In this document: positions 41,656 through 52,243 of the stretch, in pieces
How positions within the stretch are numbered: the stretch's first letter is position 1
Layout of the letters: every line of letters begins with the position of its first letter
NCBI GenBank assembly: GCA_973895155.1
Contig: OZ316898.1
Location: 13,295,659-13,359,658 of the forward strand
Direction: 5' to 3'
Source of the DNA: Marsupella aquatica
Taxonomy: Eukaryota; Plantae; Marchantiophyta
DNA length: 64,000 bases
The notes under the pieces: generated by a model
Told to the model about the DNA's origin: nothing
The model's input: the letters and a program-made list of their open reading frames with translations, nothing else
Databases searched by the model: none
Position numbers and translations under genes: made by a program

Positions 41656-44600
41656 TGAGCAACGTCAATCAAGCGACACATTTCTGGGGATGCCTGTTCG
41701 AACGGGCAACCGAGTACATCAAGACTTACGAGGACGAAGAATCAGAAAAGGCAGCTCGAGAATGACAGGAGCTCGCTCGATTGTGGGAGCTGCAGAAGAC
41801 GGCTTTCTTAGGAGGCGAACTCATCAAGGCCGAGTTCTTGTGGACTCCTACTTCCAATCAGCTTGACGATCTTCTGTTTTGCGAAGACAAAATCATCGGC
41901 ATTCGAGAGGCCATCAAGAACTGCAATGACATACACTGGGAATTGAAGGGTAGCACGGAGGGGTGGACAAAGGCAACTGTGCTAGGAGAAACCTCCACGG
42001 CAGCCGAAATGAAGAGGAAGGGAGCCGTCAACGATGAAGCCACCCCGGCAAAAAGAACGAGGTCGGCGGCACCAAAGAGGCCAGCCGAGCAGCAGAGCAG
42101 GAGGCAGGGAGAAGCCGAAGAGGAGGAGGTCGATCCCATCAATGCCATTCCAACCAGGGATGACACCTGGAAAGGCTGGGCGGCAACCCTACCAGTGGAG
42201 GTGCAACTACATTTTGCACGGGAGGAGGATGCATGCTTTACGGCCATGCAGACCAAGAAGTACCAAGGCTTCATGGCCGGATCCGGCTTAGAGGCCTTTG
42301 TAAGATTACCATGGCTGAAGCCGGAGGTGCCGGATTCAGACCTATTAGAATTCGTGGGGTCATGGGAACCCGAGACCAATTGCACGAGGATATATGGGAA
42401 GGATTTATATCTTACTCCCAAGGTGATTGCCGAAGTGTTTGGCTTGCCGATAGGCAATAAGACCAAGGTTGATACCAGGAAGACCTTGCCTGACAAAGAG
42501 TTCCGGTCGTTCCCCGGGCCATCAACGAAGAATGGCTTCTTCCGGAACACCTGCACCAACCCGCACATAGGAGAGATGATAGACTTCTTGCGGGTAACCA
42601 TGCATTGTAACTTGCCAAGGGCAGAGATCGGCAAGGCACAGGTCTATCTGGCAGAGAGGCTAGACCCAAGCCGGGACTACAACGGGTACCTCCTCAACCA
42701 ATTGAAGAAAATCTTAAAGGAGGAGCAGCAAGTAATTGGCATGGGGAGCGTGTCGCGGCTTGGCTATCACATATCGCTGTTGTGCCGGTATGCCAGAGGT
42801 CAGACGTTTGCCCCAGTACTTCCCCTACAGGTAAGGGCACCCGAGGAAGCTCCAGCACCGAGGCCGGTAGCAGAGAAGCCTCAACCACCTGTTAACCCTA
42901 CGATTGAGCAGGTGTTTAGGCCAAGGAAGGAAGACTTGCCAATGCAGCAACCAAGCATGCAGAATCTGCTGAAAATGCTGGAGAAGGAAAAGACGGCACC
43001 AGCACCGGCTTTGGCAGCGGCACCAATACAGGACACTGCCCCAAAGGTCAACTTAAGCAGACTTAGAAGGGAAAACTCCTTTACCGAAAACAAGGAGAGA
43101 ATCAAGCCAGAATCCAAGCCGGGTGTTCGAATGTACGTGGGAGTCTCAAGCTCTGAATCTGAGGCAGAATTGCCTGAAGCTCCTACCGACGAGGAGGAGA
43201 GGGAGAAGCCAGAAGTCCAAGAAGTAGAGGAGGCAGTGGAGGACTGCAGCCATGATAACTCCGACTATGGGTCGGACCATCACGTTCCAGGAGTAAGGAC
43301 CTGTGGCCGGTTTATCCCCACACTTCCAAGGGTAGTACGAGGGGACCCCAACCAGCAGAGTAGCCCTGAGTCTCCCCCACCAGATGTTGCTCCCCCGAGC
43401 TTTGACGGCATAAAATAGACGGCGCAAGAATTTCAGGAGTGAATCAGGCAGGAGGAGGAGGCAGCCCTGGCTAGGGAAAAGGATTTGCCAGGAGGAGATT
43501 GGCCGGAGGACATCAGGTGGCTAGCCGAAAAAGGAACCAAACCTCTAGCCACGATTGAAGAGATCCGCAAGACGGCTTGGGAACAGAGGCCGCGATGGAC
43601 GATGCCGATCACTTCTACTTACTCCACCTACGCTAAGAATAGAGCCATGGAGTATGGTGAGATATGTGGGGAACTTGCGCTCGGCATCTTTGGGGAGGAG
43701 TTGGAGGTAGGACCCTTTTTCCATAGGGAGCAGTTGGAGAAGCACCAATTAGAAGAAGCGGTGGCTTTAGAGAGAAGCAAGAAGGACGAGGTCATCCAGC
43801 GGCTTAGGAGGATGGAAGCCGAGATTGAAGATCTAAGGGCGGCCAAGAAAGCCCAAGATGAACTGCGGATTGAGCGGCATGAGCTGAACATCATGCAGGG
43901 GCAGTTGGACACCGCGCAGGCTGATAATCAGATTATCAAGGATAAACTGACTCAGACCCAGGGAGAATTGGCCGACGCAATCAAGGACAGGGAGAAATGG
44001 AAGAAGGAGCTGAGAGACGTAGAGGAGGCCCATATAGCAGTCAACAACCGGGTCACGGTGGAGACTTAGAGAAGGGAGAGGGCGCTGAAGGGAGAGCTTG
44101 AGGTCATCCGCAGAGCCCTTGAGCAGAAGGAGGCCGAGTTAGGGAAATCCTATCAAGGGATTATTGCGCTACAGCAGGAGCTTGCGTCCTTGACGGCCAG
44201 CTTCAGGGCCGACCTGCGGGAGAAGGACGCCCAGCTCGACCAGACTTATGCCAAGATGAATAACATGGAGTCTGAGGTCGTAGCGGAGCTCGACAAGGAG
44301 CTAAGAGCAACCCAGGAGGAGAGGGCTACCACCAAGAAGGAATTGGAGGAAGCCAAAAACGAGCTGGAGGAGGCACGTAAGGACCTGGATGAGACCCAGG
44401 AGGAGTTGGAGGAAATCACGAGGAAGATGGAGAACCTACAGCGGCGGGCCGACAACCAAACAGAGCGGCTGAAGAAACAAGCCACAGTATTTAAATGCTT
44501 AGCTGGATCAGGTCCATCTCCCATTGGGACAAACCAGTTAGTTACCCGGGGTGGTAATTGCCGAAGGACCAGCCGTGACACACGGCCTGGTGCCGGACAT

Positions 44601-45024
44601 TGGCGGCAAGGGGAAGGAACCGACTATGGAGATAGTGAAGAAGAAGAAGCGGAAACCTTCGGGGTCCGGAGGTTATTCGACCCCTCAAGCCGTACTCAAA
44701 CCGGTACCAACCTCCGGCATGAACATGGCAATAGATCCCGCTATCACCAAAGGTGGGGATGGCGCGGCCCAAGCCGAACTACTCAGTAATGAGGCCGGTA
44801 TCCCAGATCTGCCTCTTGAGCAGGCCGGGGAGGCCGTAGCCGAGGCTGAGGCCGTAGCCGTGAATGATTTCCGAGCCGAGGCCGAACCCGAGGGTGGGCC
44901 CAGTCAGGCCGATGGAGAGTTGACTCAGTCAAGGACAGGTAATCTGTCAGGGAACGAACCAACGGCAGTGGCTGAGGAGGAAGCGTTGGGGGCATCCATT
45001 GAGGATCCACCACCGGTGTCGTGA
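41656..45024 (+). pseudogene. Family A protein of roughly 1,100 aa: Transposase_32-like domain, Pro/acidic linker, coiled coil
   Basis: ORFs 41781-43418, 43485-44069, 44190-44789 and 44551-45024 separated by a few stops and one frameshift. LLEFVGSW..TRIYGKDLYLTPKVIAEVFGLP resembles PF20167. Confidence 0.8.
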
Positions 45025-45510
45025 CGGTGCAAGGGCGCCGTTCCTTTTAGGAAGGGCGGACGTGGAGGTAGGAGGCGTGAGTGGGCAGGGCGGGCGCTGA
45101 TCTCTAAGTTTAGGATTAGGATCAGGACCAGGAGGCGGCCCTGACACTTAGCTTAGTGGGATTGCGGTTCCACTGGTAGGAGCAACACTTGTGCTCCTGC
45201 CTTGCTGTACATAGGTAGATCCGGGCAGATAGATTACTGTTAGGTAGATTAGGCTTACGCTGCAAAGAATTAGGCGGATCCACTACCAGGATAAATACCT
45301 GGGCAGCGGGGAGCTCAGGGCCTCTTCTTTAGTAAGTTTTTAGTTTGCACCAGCCGGGCTGGGATCAAGTAGTAAGAGAAGCTCTTGGTTAGTCATACCG
45401 TGACCTTGTGTATATTCATGTTTCCTCATGCCTAAGAGCTGAATAGAGTTGGCCTCACGGCTTAGTTCGCAGAGCTTGTGTATGAGATATACTATTTGTA
45501 TGGCAAGTGC

Positions 45511-45986
45511 CCCGGGTACGCAACTCTTATATAATAGACAGGGGTCTACATTTTTATATGGACTAAAAAGTTGGCTATACAAAATAATTAAAATTTGAAA
45601 AAACCTGGGTTTCCCACTTTTAAAAATTTTCAAGTCATATAAAAGGTTTGGTTTCCTTCATTTTCCATATGAAATTAAAAAATATTCCTACACATGTTGT
45701 AATTTTTATTAAAAGATTTTTAAAATTTTAATAAAAATCCTAAAAAGCTGGCTAGTTTGGTTGTAGACCCCTGTATTAAAAAAAACCCATATAATTTGGT
45801 TTTGATCAACTTTTTGTACATCAAAACATGCTTGGTTTTTTTTTTAAGTTACATTTTTGGATTCCTTGAGTTCAGAGGTACAAGACTTTAGTAGACTAAA
45901 ATGAAATCTAAGATGGTCAATTGGATATAAGGCCATTATAAGGAATTAAAAACTTGCCTTATAAAAAGGGGAGTTGCATACCCGGG
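45511..45986. mobile_element. hAT-like MITE family M3, copy 2
   Basis: TIR CCCGGGTA(C/T)GCAACTC with 8-bp TSD GCAAGTGC. The empty site is present in A2 at about 9015-9030. Confidence 0.93.
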
Positions 45987-47544
45987 GCAAGTGCATGGTA
46001 TGACTCAGTCAGAAGGAGTCATTTTGCTATTTGTGTGTCGCATTAACTTGTGTGAAGAGTGCCCAGATCAACCAACAGAGGAAGGAAAGTAAGCAGGGGA
46101 GTGAGAGTTGGATGTGTCGAGTTGAGAGAGGTCTTAGCGGCTTAACCAAGCCTATTGGGGATCATTCTGGCGGCGGAATCCAAACATACCTAACCAGAAG
46201 GAGAGGAAGACAAGGGAAGGCCTAGATTAGGCCGACTACGTATCTCATGACCCGATGAAGGATCTGTCCAGTATATGTGTGTAAAAGGCTAATAGTAATA
46301 GTAGAAGGAGGTTAGCAGCGTCCCATGCCACTAAGCCGCGGAAACGGCCTCGCCAAGCGCGAAACCTGCGGGAATCGGCTTGCGCGGGGGGGTTTCTTGG
46401 GTTTAGGGAGCCATGGGACGCACCACAATTTCTTGGGGTTGAAATCTCTTTTTAAATTCCCCGAATGAGATGTGGCATTGGAACGTGTCAAACTACAGTG
46501 CATAAAACCGTCGACTCAGCTGTCCTAATAATGAAGGAAGATAGAGATCATCTCGAGCCTCCTATTTGTTTCTTGGTTTTGTGGTACATGTTTCTGACAA
46601 TTGCACCATTTTGGCTGTACCAGGTGCGAAATTGGGATCGCCTAATTTGGTAGTCGAAGATGAACATGCAATTGAGGTTTCCTGCCCTGGACAAGGTCAA
46701 TTTGGATTCTGTTGGGCCATTGAGCTTGCTGAAACTGAAGACATGGAAGGAACTATTATTTGTGTGAAGATGAGGTCTCCATCAGTCGATCCTCTAGTGT
46801 GCAGCCTACTAGGGCCTGTTTTTTCTATTGTGACAAGTAACAGTAAGGACATGGTTTTGACGGTGGAGAACCACGAGACAAGGAAGTGGGCTTTAATTAG
46901 ACTTCATGCCAAAAACTACTCTTGCGATCTTAACATTGAACGTGCAGCCAGGAAACAACTGAGCATGATATCAATGGGGTTCTTCCCCGAGGGTTTTACT
47001 GCAAGTAATTTGCTTGAAGATAGTCCTATATTTGGAGCCGACATAATTTTTGGATTCCTTTATTGTTGAAAGTATGGGTTTGATCGTGATGATGCATTCA
47101 CGACTCCTTTCATGTGGAAGGTTTTGAGACTAATGTCGGAATCAAAATTGGGGGAGTTTGAATCCATATCCCCTGATTTTGTGTTTGGAGCCGGAGAATT
47201 TGACGAGGATGCTTGTAAAAAGTGGGTGTTGTCTCATCGGAGACAAACAGGTAAAGTGAAATCCGTAGCTGCAGGAGACAAGACCTCCGGTTTGGACAAA
47301 AAGGAAGCAAAGGCGTCTCAAAAGAGGAAGAGGGTTGACAAACCCGAAAGCAAAGCGAAGAAGGCTCATCCGCCAAAAAAGTCTGCACCGCCCAAGGTAG
47401 ATCTCATTCCGGCATCTTCCTCGGGTGTGATTGCACATACCGATGATGACGGCACTCCAAGAGATGCTCCGGGAGAAAAGAGCATTAAAGAAGGAGCTGA
47501 AGTTCTTAAGGAGATTGAGGAGTATTACACATTTGGCATGAATG

Positions 47545-47830
47545 AAACTTTTGACATTCCTGTCACTAGTATAGATTCGCCTTCTGCAGTATTGGTATAT
47601 AGGATGTTCAATAAAGACCATGCCATGGAGGTCACGAAATCCATGGTTAGAAACCCTGGAATGGTACCAGCTATGGCGGATATAATTCTGTATTCAAGAG
47701 AGAGTTCACAGTTGCTCCATTATGAGAATACTCCTAAGGATCGAAAGGAGTTTGAGTGGGGTGTTAAGAATAAAAAGGTGCAGTTCCTTGCAATTAGTGG
47801 ACAATACTCGGCAAAGGCAGCTGTTTGGAT
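47545..47830 (+). CDS. ParB/Srx-like domain (within cargo gene)
   Basis: FDIPVTSIDSP...YRMFNKDHAMEVTKSMVRNPG...ADIILY...QFLAISGQYSAKAA follows the ParB N-domain pattern. The GxxR box is divergent (GQYS). Confidence 0.55.
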
Positions 47831-48969
47831 CATAGGTTGGGCTAAGAGCGATGCAAAGTTGAAGGAGGTCGCAAAGAGTCTGCAATATCGAAAGTCACAA
47901 ATTCTTTTGGACAAAACTCCAAGAACAATACTTGCTCAACACTCACAAAGGGCAAATGCTGTTAATAAGACCATGGAGTATGAGTCTTGTTTTCTTGATA
48001 CTATGGTCCATGCCCGTCGACAGTTTGACGAGTGTGGCCGTCCGGAGAGACCCGTGATTGGGTCCAATAGACTAACGGATCATCAAAAGTTCTAGGTATA
48101 TTCGAACTCAAATCCACTTCTAGCTCAAGATTGTCTCAAGCCTCGAGGTCAAGTTTATGTATTTGATTTATCTTCATGTATTCTCTGATAAATTTCAACA
48201 TAGTTCCTTAATTCTACCTCAAGATCATCTTGAGCCTCAGATTTTCTTTGTACTGTTTGGATCAGGATTTTATGGCCTTGGCCAAAATAATGACTGGAAA
48301 ATCCAATCTGAGGAATATTTTTTGGTTGCTTTTTTCGGAAGAGAACCTCTTCCAGTCTTGGAGACAAATGTGCATCGATTAGGTCAAGGGACTTCTTCCG
48401 GATGGTCTAGGGGAGTTAGGTTCAAAAATAAACGGGAAATCCCAGACAACAAAAATGATTACGCCGGCATTGTTTAGATGCTTTGAAGGAGACCTGAGTA
48501 GTGACGACATTCTGAAAGTTTTTACTGCCGTTCAACATCAGAAGGTTTTATTGAAGAAAGACCCAGCCAACAAATCTGATGTTCAATCAATGAGTGATAT
48601 GGCTCATACTTTCAAAGTCATGACCAAGCTGAGGGCAAAAATTGTGGAGTACTTCGTCTTGAAGTATCCGGATCGATTTGCCAATTCACTCACTTGGTTT
48701 GAGCTAACTCAATATTTGTCTGCATTTATGGATCGTGGTGAGTTGCCCAAACTTAGACAACTTGCTAGAGAGGTTTGGATTTCCAACCTCCTAAAAAGAA
48801 ATAGGCCAAAAGACCCATTTCCGCAAAGTCTTATTGTTAGGCTTGAGCAGATATATTGCAAGGTATTTGGCGGGATGCCTTCAATGGAGGATACTCCTTA
48901 TCGCACATTTTTTAGCAATAATTTGATGAGGATAATGAAGCCTGAGATTGTTGACTCGGTGCAAAGGAC

Positions 48970-49680
48970 GTGCCCACTTTTCATTGTCGATTTTGGTCGT
49001 CTTTCACAACGGCAATGGACAGATGCCAAAATTTTTGTCTTGCTGGAGTATTGTTTGTAGATGGCGAACTCGACGGAGCTCTTGGTAATCTTTTTTGTCC
49101 GTCAAGGCCCATTGATAGGCCAGATTCAGAGTGCCTTTGAAAAAATTCATCGTGAGAAGAAAGTCCACACAAAGCTGGAGTATGGGAGCTACTACCGTGA
49201 TCAGCTGCCCAAGGAGGAGGGAGATTTTCTCATTGGAGCCCGAGACTCAATCATCTTTGGGGGAATTTGTTGTGAAGAGGAACCAGACTGGTCCCAAATT
49301 TTCTTTGATGACTTTTATGTGTTTTGGAACTACAGTGAGAAGTGGGACAAAGACTTCACAATCTTGCCTTTGAAGACCCCTACTGGGAACAACAAAGACC
49401 AATCAAAGGGGAAAGATAAGCTCGATGAATCTACTGTTGATGTCAAAGTTTTGGAGAAGATGGCCCCATCTTATGAGATGGTCGGTTGGCGGGGTGGCTT
49501 TGTAAATCTGAGAGCAAAGCCTTTGCGAATGACAAAGCATCTTGTTGATTATTTCTCCTGCCCAGGTCACACAGTGTTGGATTTCTTCTCTGGAGGATAG
49601 ACATTGAAAGCTTGTATCATTCTTGGTCGGGATTGTTTTGTGTATTCGGACACAGCTCAAGAGATGGAATTCACAGAAGC
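48970..49680 (+). CDS. Beta-class N4C/N6A DNA methyltransferase-like domain (within cargo gene)
   Basis: KPLRMTKHLVDYFSCPGHTVLDFFSGG*TLKACIILGRDC matches the PF01555 C-terminal KP..L...LI..fS.pGd.VLDPFxGsGTT..Aa..lGR pattern. Candidate motif IV (PLFIVDFGR) is non-canonical. Confidence 0.65.
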
Positions 49681-50138
49681 CTTTTGCTCAGCTCCTCCAT
49701 GACAACAAGCAGGTTTTATATGTGCCACCCAAAGCGTCGTTAGCATCTCAGGAAATTACTGCCGGTCCCCTCGTTCTTATAGAAGAGGTGGCCTTAGACA
49801 TAGCTCCGGTGGAAGCCAGTGTTTTTGAGGAAGTATTTGCGGAGAATTTAGAGCATCGCAAAACGGAGGGCCCAAAAATCCCAAGCTACATGGAAGAGGA
49901 GGGTGAAATACTGCCTGAATTTGGAAATGATGCTCGAGATGATCTCGACCTTCCAGGTGTTCCTTCATCGGGTGGCCTTGGGGACGCACAACGTGAACAA
50001 CAATCTTCAACCTTGGATGTTGGCTGGGAATCCACCTTGCCGGACGCAGTTAGCCAACCAATTCCAAGCCCTCCTCAACTGGATGAGATTCTCTCTACTA
50101 AGAGAGCTAGTCGCTGCCATACTCCCCCTGAGGGTTTT

Positions 50139-50500
50139 CACCTTGACAGCAAATAGCAAACAGATTTACTATTACAAGCAAAAATTTTCCTGTTACGAGC
50201 AAAAATTTACTGTTACGAGCAAACTAGACAATCTAAAAATGTGTCATTAAAAGTCACAATTTTCAAAGTAGTTTAAAACATGACAATTTTTTGCTAGTGT
50301 AAGGCAATACTATTACTAGCTCCGGGCGCTAGCCAAAAAATATCGACTCACAATTTTTTTTAAATATTTTTTCCCCAAAAAAATTCCAAAAACAAAATTC
50401 CCAAAAACAATTCTAACAAAAAATTCCAAAATTTTTACCACCCATTTGCTGTTACGAGTAACTATTTGTTGTTTGTTGTTTGCTGTTTGCTGTCACGGTG
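50139..50500. mobile_element. MITE with CACC(T/G)TG termini and 5-bp TSD
   Basis: About 24-bp TIR CACC(T/G)TGACAGCAAA(T/C)AGCAAACA. TSD GTTTT/GTTAT. Excision gives in-frame PPEG-YTPPP. Confidence 0.82.
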
Positions 50501-51189
50501 GTTATACCCCTCCCCCTCAGGACGAGGCAGGTGCATCGTCCTCTCCCTTGGACCAAATGTTTTGCGCTTCAGAGAATAAGCTTGTTTTCACAGATTCTTC
50601 TACTGGAAGCCCCGTAATTCTCCCTTTTGTTGGGAAACCGGGGACTGAAATCGGTAGAACTGGTTACAAATCACTCAAAGCAAGTGCTACTCATTATGTC
50701 TGGATTGATGGACTGTCAAAAGGTCAACAAGTCAATATAGAGCAGTCTGAGAAGATTATTTGATCTAGAAAGTATAGGAAGGATAAGTTCAAATTAGTGC
50801 CAGTTTGGTCTGAGCCAGCTCTTGTTGAGACCCTTCCCGGAGGGATAAATTTGGACATCCAAAACCAACTAGGAGATAACCTTCTAGATGAATTTGGGTC
50901 TTTCAGCACGTGAGGTTGAAACCCAAGTTAGTTTGAACAGTCCTGAAATTCAACCGTCTAAATTATTATGTCTACCTTCACAGAAATAGGCGGGCCCTTA
51001 CCAGTTCTGGAGTACGTCGACAATAATCTCCGAAGATGTCCTGAGATTTCTTCAACTACTGACCTTCAACCAACAATAGGTATGATGTTGACTGTTGTTC
51101 ATTCACTTGTGATGCTCGAGATCGTCTCGAGCATTCCTCTGTTTTATCTCCCACAATTCTAACATTGGTGTTCCTTCTTTGCAAGACCC

Positions 51190-52243
51190 TTGCCTCCACT
51201 TCATGGTCCGATCAGACCAAAGCTATTGATTCTTGACCTCAACAAAATGTGTTGGGATTCTGTCAAAACGCCAAGTTCCAGACCGCGTCGTAGTGCGACA
51301 AGTGTCAAGGGTGTCCACTGGGGGAGACGTGGAGGGTTTAACTTTATGTATGTTGAGCGACCCCATCTTCACGAGTTCTTAATCGCAACTTTTTTGTTAT
51401 TTTGATGTTGCCATTTGGACTTGTGCAAGGAAACCCAGGACGGATGAAATGATTCATTTGATCTTTAGTCAAGAAGAGCGAGAGCAATTCAAGTTTATTC
51501 TCACACAAGAAGATACATTTGCTACTGGAATCCAGAGGCCTGACATTACCAATGGGAAGGCAAATATTCATTTGAAGGATTTGAGGGTTGTTTGGAAACG
51601 TTATGGTGGATTATACGACAAAACTAATACACTCCTTCTTGATGACACTCCAATGAAGGCATTTGCAAATCTAGAGAATTGTGGGTTGTTTTCTTCCTCA
51701 TTTTCGCATCACTCCACGGATGATACATTCTTTCCAGAAATACTGTGGCCTCTGCTCAGGAAATTGTATCATGCCTTCAATCTTCAGCACTACCTTTTTA
51801 TCAATCATCCAAAGTGGTCTATGATAAATGTTTTAGCGGACAGGGATCAACAGGCTGCCATTTATGCGTTGTTGACAGAGCGGTGGGGTAGTATGGTATG
51901 GGTTCATTCGGTTATCCATACAGTCTTGGATGTCACAGCGGACAAAATTCCTTGGGATGTCAAGAATGAAGTGCAACAATTATCACCAATGGAGGAATTG
52001 ACGGAGGAGGCGATCAATGACCTTGCAAAGACATTAATTGGATATCAGTACACAGGACCCTACAGAGACAATCATCGGGGATTTGTTTCGGAAGTCCTGT
52101 GGTGTAGGGACCTCACCACAAAGTTCTGGAATAGAAAGCCTCTCGATTTCTGCAATCGCGATATGAAATATGACCCGTCAGGGTCTAGATTTACTTGCTC
52201 AAATGAATTCTGCGGGGTGGAGGAGCATGAGATTTGGGTCTAG
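51190..52243 (+). CDS. FCP1/NIF-family HAD phosphatase-like domain (frameshifted)
   Basis: KLLILDLNK, RPHLHEFL, FDVAIWTCA, KDLRVVW and TNTLLLDDTPMKAFAN are PF03031-type motifs. Confidence 0.8.

Larger units (their letters stand above)
41279..46427 (+). mobile_element. Family A coding solo-LTR-like element, copy A3 (most complete), in an intron of the cargo gene
   Basis: TGTGATGC...GCACCACA termini, 5-bp TSD ATTTC (41274-41278, 46428-46432), no internal direct repeat. Confidence 0.92.
40287..52243 (+). pseudogene. Multi-exon cargo gene: unknown N-terminus, ParB-like, amino-DNA-methyltransferase-like, acidic linker, FCP1/NIF HAD phosphatase-like (may be two genes)
   Basis: Putative exons 40287-40404, about 40720-40766, 46624-48095, 48266-51079 and about 51185-52243, with GT/AG-like junctions. 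ORFs 46566 and 47112 share a frame, as do 48266, 48455 and 49061, separated only by TGA/TAG stops. ORF 49623 joins ORF 50446 in frame once the MITE is removed. Confidence 0.65.

Noticed and set aside
41858-42634. Antisense ORFs over family A, family G and the transposase (e.g. 258 aa)
   Set aside because: Shadow frames of the real coding strand with no recognisable motifs.
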